Notes under the pieces: model-generated
The model's database searches: none
What the model was told of the DNA's origin: nothing
Seen by the model: the letters and a program-made list of their open reading frames with translations, nothing else
Program-made: the position numbers and the translations under genes
In this document: piece after piece, positions 38,961 through 51,100 of the stretch
Layout: every line of letters starts with the position of its first letter
Position numbering within the stretch: position 1 is the first letter of the stretch
Origin: Klebsormidium nitens
Lineage: Eukaryota; Plantae; Klebsormidiophyceae
Assembly (NCBI GenBank): GCA_000708835.1
Contig: DF237021.1
Location: 175,624 to 239,623, forward strand
Direction: 5' to 3'
Length of the DNA stretch: 64,000 bases

Positions 38961-39382
38961 TTTGAACGTTGAAGGACTTTCTGCGATAGGCGCAATATAA
39001 TCTGGCCGCAATGCAAGAGTTGACAACCACCTACTTAAGTTTGTGCTAAAATCAGGCGGGGATTGCCCCTAAAACTTCCCTTATGATATTTACATTCGCT
39101 TTTAAAGGTGGTTCAAGATGCTCAGCGGGAAACGCGCACTGTCATCGGACTTTCGGTCAATATCAGTCTTGCAAATATCCTGCGTAGAGGCCTACAAGAG
39201 TTGTATTGTTTCTGAAAGTTGGCAGTGAGATGGGCGCGTCTGGTGGCGCGACGTAACAATCTGCCATGAGAGTAGACGTAGCAACTTGTCGAGCCACTTC
39301 AAGCTTTTGCTATCTGTCTATAGCTCTCGCAGTCCCTTCGTGGAGAAGTCTTACTCCTCGGCCTTCGTCCATGAGAACTATC

Positions 39383-39432
39383 TTGTGAAGGACCTCTACG
39401 CATTCTGTTGTGAAGGACCTCTACGCATTCTG
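39383..39432. repeat. Perfect 25-bp tandem duplication
   Basis: ttgtgaaggacctctacgcattctg occurs twice (39383-39407 and 39408-39432). Confidence 0.95.
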
Positions 39433-42139
39433 ATTGAAGGCATTCACTCAAGTTCAGCCCACTGGGCACCTTCGACGTTTCCTCCTGTTGGCTGAGCGCA
39501 AATTGTTCTCACACAAAACCGGGCAATTCCGACATGAGGCACAATCCTTTTTGAATCATAATCAGTCACTCCCCTTTCAAGAGCCTCGCACGTTCACGAT
39601 TTCGCTTCCCTTTCAAGCGTATTCAGGTGTTCTTTGTGAGAACAGTCTGCACTGGCGACCCAAAAGTCCGAAGCTGTCTCGTCCGCCCAAGTTTCAAAAT
39701 CTTTCTTTTTCGCAATCCGGCGACTCGATTCAATGGTAAGTGGGCAAGTTGCGGATGACTGTTGCAGCGGACATATATTGTCATGCGAGGCTTCTCTCGA
39801 TATAGAACGTTCCGGCTGTGATGAGAAGCTTTGATTGGCCCGCTCGTCAAGAACTCGAACATCTTCTCGACGCCGAACAAGCGTGTCCTCTAGGATCTTA
39901 GGGATTCCAGAGCACCTCGTATCGAAGAAGTGTCTCCTTGCCGATAGCATTGCTTCGTTTCTTGTCATTATTGGAAAGAGCTGTCAATTGGGGTGCGCTA
40001 AGCCGGCTTACCAGGCAATCATTGCGTCACCCTGAGAAGACTACGATCCACAGCAGCCGAAAGCTGCTACTAGACGCTGAAGCGAGCAGCATTTCAACGT
40101 AGTATGAAAATCACGGAGTATCTACCCCGGGTGCCTTGCCTTAAATCCCGTCCGGATCGAACCCGAGTGACAGGTCCTATCTTGATTATCTCTTTTGACC
40201 TTCAGGTGTCTTTGAACCAACTATACATCAAATCCGTGATCGTAGAAAGGAGAGGTATGCTTTATGTACGGTTGCAAACTCGTCCGTCGAATACGATATC
40301 CGATCGACGTTTCCAAAACGTGACATGATTTTTAATTCTCCTTCTTCAAAGGCGTGCCAAAGGCAATGACGACGGAGTTTTGCTGGCGGCTTTGAAGCAC
40401 CGTCAGCTCTTCCTTCCTGGATGCCGATCTGACAAATGTGTGTGAGCAAGACCTAGATTGAGAACTACTGCAAGTGTCTTGCAATCAGTGCAGCTTTCAA
40501 CGTACCCATTTTGACTCTGCACCTCGAAGAGGCAGTGTCTGCTTTTCTTTGAGGAACCAAGAGAAAATCTGAAAAGGTGTCATGATCAAACTCGAGTCGG
40601 GCTCTTATCACGACGCTCTTTCCCGCTGATCTCCAAAATCAAATCAATCTGGTACACGATGCGAAGAAATGTGGCTTACAGAGGCATTACTATCAGAAGG
40701 TCGTTTGATTAGTTTGCGGTTGGCAATGATAATGTTGTGAATTGGTGGGCTTGCCGTCTCAGCCCAGCAACATCTCGTCACGAAAGCCAGCCAAAGTGCA
40801 GAACTCAAACTGATCAGTATTGCTTCTTCTGACTAGCCTCATGGCAGGTTTCGCGCGCCCTTTGCAGCAGCGCCGCAGACTGCGTGTGTTGGGTTCTGAC
40901 AGCTGGATTCGCAGGTGACGCAAGACATCGTCACACAACTTTGGAGTAGCTACAGCGACCACTTGATGTAGTCGCCGGTGCCAGTCGAGCCCCGGCTCCC
41001 ACTTAGACAGATTGAATCAAACGGTCCGACCTCCTGAGCACTTGGTGCAAAAGGCTCCAAAAGGCTTAGGACCAATAAGGAAAGCTGCGAGTAGTAGCTG
41101 GTCGTGGAAAGGCGCGCCCCGGAGTCGCTTTTACAGGCGACTCCTCTGCGCCGTAGTGCATTTGAATAATTTGGAGAACGGAAGAGCAGCCGGGTTCAGG
41201 GCTGTAAACCGTGTGCATGACATTCTGCCACGTGGCCGTGATGCGCGCTCTGCTACGGGTCACTTGCCAGCTCGATCACACATACAAGAGCGTCAAAGAC
41301 TTTTCCAAAGCCGCTGATCCGATTCGGCCATACTCAAAGCTTTGAGTTTTTGATATTGAAAGTCCCGAAATGTCTGTTGATGTTGTAGATGTTGTAGAGC
41401 TGGCAAGTAGAGTCAAGATAGCCGGAAGAAGGCGCATTTGAGAGCTTGGACGTGAAATATTTAGATGCCATGATCACTTCAAAAACTGTTTCCTACGCTT
41501 AGAACGTCACTTTCGGTTGGTTCAAGGAAAATTGCGCTCCTTCTTTTTCTTCGCCTTCGCGTTTTCACCACCAAAAGCTGGCATGCACAATCTTCTGTCG
41601 TGACCTGATCATTTTCGATGATATGGGTGAATTGAAGCACTACTAGGTATGCGCGAGACGCACCCGCCAGATGGAGTTATATTCCAGTGAAAACATGCTA
41701 GCAGAAAACAGGCTATTTGGAGGAATTTTGGCATAGCCGTGAAGATCTGCAAACGCGCGGCACTATGCCATGTCCCTACCACTTCTTTCTTCTGAGGCTG
41801 TAGATCTCTCGGCAAGGTACGAGACCCACGTTTCCTTACGCTTTCCCTTCTGTTCACAACGCTCAAGCCAGATTCTCTGCTTTCGTTATCTCGTGATGGC
41901 TGCTGCAAGAAGGCTTCCGCCCGGCTTGATCAATGTCGCCACGCGCAGATTTTCGTGTGCTTCGGAAATCTCTTTAGGCTGGTCACGTTTCCATCTTTCA
42001 CTCATTCGGTGATGGGCTCTTGTTGATGGAGAACCGTTCCGTGTCTTTATCAATTGGTCGCGACAAAAGCGGTTGCAAATTCTGCTGTCTCCATCATCAG
42101 GTTCGTCGCTTTCTTGTACCCGTCTGTACTATGAAAGGT

Positions 42140-45100
42140 GTGCCAAGGACGTGCTTTGCAGAAGGGCAGCTGGGCAGTGCGCCCAATTATATACATGAGG
42201 GAGTGGACGGCACCGTGGCTTAAGCTTGGACTCGACCTTTCTTCCCAACCTTTCCGCTGCCTCATTGCAAACATGCTCATCCTCTTGCTCGTGCTTTCAG
42301 TGAATGATGCTCACAATCGATAAAAATAACATCCGAAGTCTAACCAAGGCGGAGCCTGGCGCCAAGGACCTTGCGGACGTCCGCATCTGGTTGTCCGCAC
42401 ATAGTGACGATTTGGGTCGTGTTGCCCGCATATCATTCCCCGGTCGTCCTGATGATCGATCGCACCCGTCGCCCGCATTGACCCAATCTGGTTGAGCGTC
42501 TCTGCCAGTGGCCGTCACCAGAAAGGTTTGGCTGTCCGCTTCTCGACGTCCGCCTACTTGGCTGTCCGCATATCTGGTTGTACATAGTGCGCTGTCCGCA
42601 TCTCACCGCGCGCATCTGCTTCCTGTCATCTTTTCCGGCAACTGCCAGTCACACTGACTGACCGCAGATGTTTCCGTTTGGTCATCTGGCAACCTCGTCG
42701 CCTGAGAGTGTTGTCTTTGCAACCTGTCTGAAAGAAAGAGGTCCTAAGACTTAGATCCAAAGTTTTACCCAGGTTTTGGCCCTGTCTGTCGCTTACAGCT
42801 CGCTCTGCCGATTGGTGCACCGGAGCCCTCCGGCAGTGATAGCAGACGGAATGGCTTTACCAGTCACACCTCCTCTCGTCTGTGAAGATAAGTGAAGCCG
42901 ATCGAAGATCTTCTCTGAAGTTTGTTTTGGGCTGCCGCATCATCCAATGCGGGAGTACTTGATTTTACATCTCTTTGATATGCCTTTTGTTTTCAGATAA
43001 CTTTTCGCGACGCCGCAGCCCGCGAAGTGGGAGCGCGCTTCCAGTTCCTCGACGGCCGCATGTATGACGTGTCCGTCTCTTCCGTAAGTTAATCGGCGCC
43101 AACCTGCTTCGTATATAGCCATCGACGGAGGCGTTGCCAAGTTCGGAGTTGCCGAACTCACATCTGTAAACCAGTGGCTTTCGCCGCTCCTTTTTGGTGG
43201 ACGTTTGACGTTTTCCTTCTGCGACTGTCGACGTGGCAACGAAGAAGCTTTGGCCGTGGGTGAGCGGTCTCAAAGCTCACACGCAGTTATTGCACGGAAC
43301 GAGATCAGAGCCACACGAGGTAATCATAAAAGCATGACGTCAAAAGCTAGCTCCGCTTGCGGGCGGCGAGAATCCGTCTGATCTCTCAATTTTCCGCTTG
43401 TCAAAGAAGGGCTCCGATCGTCGCATTTGGTGAACTTTCTCTGAAGCCCACCGAAGCTTCCGCTCCTAACGGGCACACGACGAGCTTGAATGAAAAGAAA
43501 TTTATGGGTCTGACCCCATTGCGGTGCCGGAGAGTTGTCTCTGTGACGTGTCCACGTGGCAATGATCCAGCATCAACCAACGGTGAGAGCTGTCTTAAAG
43601 CCCATCAATATTGCTCTGGTGGAAACGGGAGCCAAATCACGAAATTGACCCCAAAAGTTGGAGTCGGGGTCAGCTTTTCTTGAAGGCCAGTGCTAGCGGA
43701 GCAGCTAGCTTGGCGGCATGCTGCGCATACGGCGTGCTGTCGTGGTGCAGGGAATTCGCTTTCGATCGTTCAAATCTACGACTTGAGAAAGCGCAAATTG
43801 AGGAAGATTCACCCAGAAAGCGGCTCTTTCTTCGCTCGTTTCTTTTGTCGTTGGCGAGGATCTCAGAGCACGAGCGACTCGCGCGCGTCATGTATATCAA
43901 GCATCAGCTGCTCTGTACGTACAAGGCCCAAGAATCAAACAAGCGCACTTCGGCGGCCTACATGTTCAACTTCCAATTTCTGCAACTGGTCCGGCAATGA
44001 TAAGACCTTGGATCCGCTAGTTGTCGGACACTCCGATTCTGTCACCTGAAGCCGGCCAAAATATCTTCAGCCAAGGTTTTTGACGAGTAATCCTCACTGC
44101 GCAGAGCCGAGATTCCACTCCTTTTCCATTCAGAGCGTCCACTCTTGGATGACATTGCGGAACGAAGCTGCATCATTTCGTGCCCCGGCCGTCGCGCGGG
44201 CCAAGCTCCCTGTAAGAGCAGGCAATTCAGCAGATTAATCTTATTTTCGTCTTCGAGGGTCCGTCGCTCTCCACGCAGAAATCAACGCACCTAGCGACGC
44301 CACTCGTCCGTTTTTTGCGGGTCCCCCAGGGGTCTCCGGGATTGCTGATCCGCTGTATGCGTCCTGAAAAGGTGCACTTGCGTCTCTTAACAAGCGTCGG
44401 ACTTCTCGATGGAATGCAAACGCCGACTTGAGTTGTTGGAAAGCGTCGAAGAGCCCGGGTGTTTACAAGACTAATCCGTGACTGATTTCAGACGCAACCA
44501 AATTGGCCACAGTGCTTTGTCTGAGCTTGTTGAATCTCGATCCGATCCTGGTTGATCTATTTAGCAGTGCTGAGAGAGATGGATGACAACGTCGTGCCAA
44601 CAGTCGTGCTGATTCTAGAGCTGCATTACCGCGACGCCAGACGACGTACGCATATGGCCATCCTTGCAAGCGGTGTGTCCTATCCAGGAGGTTTCCGTCT
44701 TCAAACACGCTGCTGCTTCCAACCGTTTATCAGTGCCAACCATAATCGTTCTGCTCAGTGAGACTTTTCTGGAATACATATGCCATTTTGTCCCTTCTGG
44801 TTGCGATGGGGAGCCAAGCACGGCTTTCATATACTAGCGATAGCTGGCATGGAGTTGAAACCAGCCCATCAATACCGTCAAGCGCCAAGTCCGCGTGCTT
44901 GACAGATCTTCTAAAGCATACGTCCATCTTCTACGAATCTGACTGTGGTGGGCTGGTTCTACTCGCACTCGTAGCTTTCCCTCGTTACATGTTCACGGTC
45001 ATTTATGCTGTTCCTTGAAGTGAGGCCTTCAAACCCTCTTTGATTATCTGCATGATGGGGTGTATGCCAATGACGCGCCTTGCGGTTGGGAACCCTATGG

Positions 45101-48100
45101 AGAGTGCCCAGATAGCGCTCGCAAATGCCAGCTCTGACGGCCTCTTCTTTGGCGCTCCGGTTTAGGCTCATCATATTAGATCAAAAGCTGTTGCTTCCTC
45201 TCTTTTCTCGAACGAATACCGCTGTATTTTGCAACACTTTGTTCTCACGAAGCAACGCAGGAAAACTCCAAGTATGTTCGAGGCCACGCCTGGCGTCACC
45301 CGATCTGCGGACGTCCGCGGGTGGTGGTTGCACCTGTTTGTCCGAGTCTCGTTGTCCCCACTGTATACTTGTCAGAGCTTGACTTTCCGCATCTCGTTGC
45401 CGGCCTCTGACTAGCATTCGCGTTTGGTTCCTCGTATTCTTTGTTTGCAGTGTCAGGCCGCTCCTAGCATGGCTTGGCTGCCCTCTTCTCGACCTCCACT
45501 TGGCTATAGCCTGTCCGCGTCTGGTTCTACGGAGTCGGGCTGTCGCATGTCGCCATCTCTAGATCTGGCTCTCGTGTCCGAATCGCGTCATGTAACTGAC
45601 AATCGCAGCAACCTTCTGTACGCTCCGTCTTTGCGCACCTTGATGTTATGCTTTGGTGTGCTGACGGTCATAACGGTGGCTTACTACGTACTAGTGTCGA
45701 TTCATACTCGCAGCTTCGTCGCAGATGTTAGCGAGGCTGGCCGTCGCTTCCTTGCCCAACTGAAAACTGCAAGGTTCTGATTCGGCGATGATGTCATGCT
45801 GATTGATTTGACCAGTCAAGGCGCCGTGCGTGTCACCTATGACGTCGATCAGGTTTGCACATACTTTCAGGGTTCCGCACGATCTTCTCTGCATAACTAG
45901 CGGGACCATTTGCAACATTGCACCATTTGCTTATCGTGTATGCCTGTATCTCTCTCTTGAAGGACCTTTGCTAGCAACAGCGGGAAATGCCTTGGCGCAG
46001 CAGCCGCATGCATGATGACATCATCATTGCGCACGTGATGCGGTACCAAGTCGCCTACCTGACTCGCAAGAATGGTCAGAGGTGCTTTGCCCAAATTCTC
46101 GAATGCGGGAATTTCATATGCCGGCCCGGTGACTTTATCCAGCTGCTTTTCGTAAACACCTGAGGTCTCGTTTTCGGCTGTCCACGTGGCAAGGAAGCTA
46201 CTTAGGCCCCTGCTGGGCTTTTGGAAAGCTCACTCCAATCTCAGCTTTTATAATGAAGCCACACCACGTCGAGTTTGCTTTGACTTCGACGGCTCTGACC
46301 CTGTTTGCGAAGCCGAAAATTCTTCTATCTTTCACCTTTTCATAAGAATAAGAAGTTCTGGCCGATGACGTCGGTGAGCTGTTGCTAAGCTTCCTGGTAG
46401 TTCGAGGATTTGGTACGTAAGGGAGCCACATGACCACGTCAACCGCAAGATTCAAACAGCAAAAACCCTACGGACCGGAGAACTTGAATGTATCTTAGCA
46501 GGCTGCTTTTGTCAAGCGGCGCTCGAGCTCACGGCACCGTTTAGATCCTCAGGTTCTTCACCCGTATCGTACCAAACTGTATCATCTTGTAAGTGTGCCA
46601 AGGACGTGATTTGCAGCTGGGCATCTGGGCACACCGGCCAGTGCTCAACAGAAGTTGCTCGGGTCTGACGGCACCGCGGGAAGCGGATGATCAGTGTAGC
46701 CCTCTTCAGGGTTTGTCGCCTTTCAAACTACATGCCATCCTCTCTCAAGTAGTGCGCAACTTTTCATTAGAAGGAACTCAATGTCTTAAGTGCTGTCTCA
46801 ACCCCGCCTGGCCCAAAGCACTTTACGGACGTCCACGTCTGGTTCTCCCCACTTTTCATCCGGATCTCGTTTTCCGCAGCTTGTCTGCATCGGGAATTAT
46901 GCACCTATTTGTTTAGACCTTGAAGTTGCTCTCTGTATCTTGGTAACCTACCCTGTTAACATTTGTCCGCACTTGATTGCAGGTAGCACCAGTCCGACCT
47001 AAAATATTACCGGCACCCTATCTTATTGTCCGCATCCCGTCGTCCGCATCTGGGTGTCCTTAGCACGATCGCCCACTTGTCTCGACGATCGCCCACGATC
47101 ACTTGTCTGTCCGTCGATTCTGATTGTCCGTATACTAGGCTGCACCTCGCTAGTGCGCGTCTGTTATTTGAATAGCCAATGGTCTCCGGTCGCAGTCCCA
47201 CTGATCCTAAGGCGGAATAGTTTGTCGTTTCCGTTGAAGAACCCGCTATCAGTTCATCGTGTAACTTTGTCACGATCTGTTAAGTAAACTGCCTATGTGG
47301 TTTCTAACTTCACTCTCCCAAAAACTTGCTCCTTGCCGTCGCTGCTTGCTCTGTGGGAACTGGTGCAACGAGATCCTGCGGCAGTGATGTCAACATGATT
47401 GACTGGAACAGTCAAGTCAGGTCACCGCCTCTGTACGTGAAGCCAATCAGCTCTTGTTATGGTGAATGAGGGGCGGCCGGATTCCCTTCGCGAACTGGCA
47501 AAATCCCTTCAGTTTCCAATCTCGTTTCTTGTGCGCGCGTGTGTATAGCAGCTCTGCCTGCAAGAGCGCTGCCACAAGCTGGATCGTCTCCCTACCACTA
47601 GTGGTCGCTTGTAAGCCTTCTTGATGGCTAACGTAAGGCGGTCGTCTACATGCTTCGCAACAGCTAGTGTCGGGGCTGTAGGGAGTTTCGAAACTCACAT
47701 ATGCAGTTACCGTGGGCTTTCACCTACTTCTCTGTTCAAATTTGAGGTTTGTATCTGGCTGCTTTGCACGAGAGTAGCTTCAGAAAATCCTGGTGAGCTT
47801 TCGCAAAGTCCACCGCGGTCCCTTTGACAATCTCGAGTCACTTCACGAAGTTAGAACGCAAGACTCCCAGCGGCTCTGAACAAGTCACGTTGCTGAATGA
47901 TCCTCATCGTCAACCTCTCACGTGGCAATGAAGAAGCGCCGGCCAATGGTGAGCTGTCGCAAAGCCCACAGTGGGAGTCGTGTTTTGAATGGAGCCACAC
48001 CACGAGGTTGATTGGAAGACTCCGACGGCTCCAACGTCCCCCGTTTAGACGCTAGATTCCGGTTCAGTCAAATATTGTCTATGTGGCAATGAGGAATCTG

Positions 48101-51100
48101 GCCATTTACGGTTAGTTGTTGAAAAGCCCATGGATATGGGAGCGGCGCCACGCCATGGAAGTACCAAAGCAGTCGGACCGCTCAAGCCCTTCTGCGGCCA
48201 AAAGCCAACTTGAGAGGCCGCTTATATAGCGCGCCGTTCGAGTAGTCGACTTTTTCTTATCATTTTGTAGCTTCTGTATCATCTTAGACGGGTGCCAATT
48301 AGGACGTGCTCTGTAGCCGGGCAACTGGGCAGACCGGCTGGCCAGTGCTCAGCAGGTGTAGGATGAGAGTGACGGCGCCTCATGGCTGGGCAGGACTTCG
48401 GTGAAGGCCGCATCTGTAGTTCGTAATCTTCAGACTGCGTGCTCATGCTGCCTTTCTCGATAATGGAGACGAGGGTTAAGAACGAGGTTAGGAGTTTCCA
48501 ATGTGCTCCGAGGCCCCGCTTGGTGTGAAGCACCCTAAAGGTGTTCGAGTCTGGCTGTCCTTAATATGATAGTATAGTATAGTCGCCAATGATTCCACGG
48601 AACTGTTTGTCGTTCGCCGTCTTTTCACTATCACTTGTATACATATTGTATCATCATCTGCTAATTTAGATTGCTTACGTGGGTTCGAAAGTTAAACCTC
48701 CCTGAAATTTTGCCCTCGATCGCCGTTGCTTGCTTGTTTTATATCGACTGGTGCAACAGATTCTGCGGCAGTGATGCATCTCAAGCTGATTGACTGGAAA
48801 AGTCACGATTTCAGCGTCTGGACATGAAGCCAAACAGCTGTTGTTTGCATTCATGAGAATAGTTATTCGGCGGCCGGAGTCTTTTTTGCACACTAGCAGG
48901 TGCCCTTTGCAATCTCGTTTCTTGTGCGTTCGTAAGGGAGCTCTGCCTGCTAGAGCGTTGCCACAAGACAGACGCGTCTACCTAGGCGGGCGCATATATA
49001 ACGTCTTGACTGCTTAAAAGGCGGTCGCCTACCTGCTTCGCAACAGCTGTCGTGGCGTTACCGAGTTCCAGAAGTCACATCTGCGATTTTAGTACCTTTC
49101 CATGAACTTCTTAGTCTAATCCAATCGTGAGGGACGGTTGCATCTAGCTGATGTGGGCATGGAAGCAGCTTCAGCCAGTACTGATGAACTTCTGCAAAGG
49201 CCCCCGCGGTTTCTCCGACAGTCGAGACGGCACGTCACGTCGAAAATAACACGAAAGGCTCTCAACGGCTCTAGCCAGGGTTACGTTGCTGACAACTCCT
49301 CATAGTCTTCTCACGTGGCAATGAAGAAGGGCCGGCCAATGGTGAGCTGTCGCAAAGCCCAATGTGCCAGCTCTATGCTCAAACGGAGCCACGCTACGAG
49401 GTCGTTGGAAGATTTCAACGGCTCCAACCCCGTTTTACACGCTGAAATTCTGTTTGCCTGTCAACTGGCCACGTGGCAATGAAGGGTTCTGGCCGATCAC
49501 GGTGAGCTGTTGCAAAGCCCACCGAATATGGAAGGCGAGCCACACCATAAGGCCAGTCAAAGCAGTCAGACCGCTCAAACCCTTCTGCGGCCAAAAGCAA
49601 ACTTGACACGCTGCTTCTTTGAGCCCCGTTTCAACATGATCAGGTTCTTCTGAACCTTTCTTACCAATCTGTCCCATCTTAGGAGTGTGCCAAAGACGTG
49701 CTCTGCAGCTAGGTAACTGAGCAGACCGGCCAATGCTCAGTAGGTTGCGTTCCAATCTGACGGCACCAGGGAAGGTGATCTTGAATCTATCGGCACCAGC
49801 TAGGGAAGGTGAAATTGGAGTGTGAAGGCACCTGTGGTGGCAGAATGTCGGCGAAGTCAGCCGCGTCAGCTGTTTTATCTTCAGACTGCGTGCTCATGCT
49901 GCCTTTGTCAACAGTGGTGAAAAAGTTTGGGGACGAAGTTAAGATTGTCCAACGTATGTGCGAGGCCTCGCCTGGTGCGAAGCGCCTCACAGACGTCCGC
50001 GTCTGGTTGTCCGGATTCCAATGTCCGCATCTTGTTGTCTGGCGTTTGGTTTTTATCACCTATCTGTCGGTTTTCATGTCGTCCGCGTTTGGTTTTACGG
50101 ACCTGCTTCACGGCACTATTAGTGTGTCCCAGTCTTGTCGTGCGTACCTAGTTGTTACATACTTGTCTGGGCTAATCTTGTGGTACAAGAGAACCAGTCC
50201 GCACCTATCTATTCGTCGCAGTTTCTTGTCCGTGTCTAGCCATCCCTAGCAAATGTGCTCGCGTGTGTTTCGACGACCGCCCGTTTGGGTACGCGCGCGC
50301 ATATGGTGGTACTTAGCGAGCCGTCCGCATTCCGTCACATCTGGGCGTCTGTCCGGATCTTTGATCCAGGATTCCACACTGTACTGGTCCGCAACCGTGG
50401 TGCGTTCGTTCATGATCCCGCACTTCGTCGCAGCTCGTAGTATTTCTGTGAGGAGGCGGGCGTCCATCTCTGGCTTCGGAACCACCGGCTCAGATGTATG
50501 GCCGGTTGGCCTCGCCGTCTCTTACTCGCTCTACTAATTCGAAATCTTGCAACATATTTTGGCTGTGACATTGACCTTCTTGACTCGACCCAGTCAATGG
50601 CGGCTATCGAAATTTGCTTGAATCCAATGATTTTCTATGTTTCTGATGCATTTTAAAGAGTTTTGAAGCAAGAGAGGCGCTACTGCTCTCGGAGCGCGCG
50701 TCGCTTGGCAGCCAGGATGCATGACGTCTTTCAATCCTTACATGGAGCACCTGCTTCCCAACTGCTGTCAGAGGCGTTTCTAGGTCACCAAACGCGGAGC
50801 TTCACATTTTTTCGCGCATGGTGTTGGAGTAATGATAGCGCTTCTTAATGTGCAGCTTTTTGGTCTTGCATTTGAAGTTGACCCGCTGTGAGCCAAATCT
50901 CGAGATATGTTGATAGAACACTCTGGGATGGTCTCCAATACTGTTATGGATAGCAATCTAGGTCCATCATATAATGCACGGCGGGAGCGTGCATCCAAAA
51001 CCGTTGAAGGAAGGACCATGTGGCTCGACGTCAGAGAACGGGCCAAACCCGTGACTGTAAGCCCGCAAAGGATCCGGCTAGGTCTTCGAACCGGACCCGC

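Noticed and set aside
40228-40449. RRHCLWH resembling the MULE transposase CxxH motif
   Set aside because: The HC codons are simply the reverse strand of the GGCAATGA repeat motif, and no DDE residues or flanking MULE features are evident.
43611-44000. FDRSNLRL resembling the RecQ helicase FxRPNL motif
   Set aside because: It is a single short match with no DEAH box or other helicase motifs nearby.
49181-49250. Hammerhead-like CTGATGA
   Set aside because: There is no stem II closing onto GAAA. The segment aligns as a degenerate copy of the GGTGAGCT hairpin monomer (compare 47790).
49681-49835. TPP-riboswitch-like ends (GGAGTGTGC and GCACCAGGG) around module A
   Set aside because: The ends are in the wrong order, and the CUGAGA and CCCUUUGAACCUGA cores are absent.
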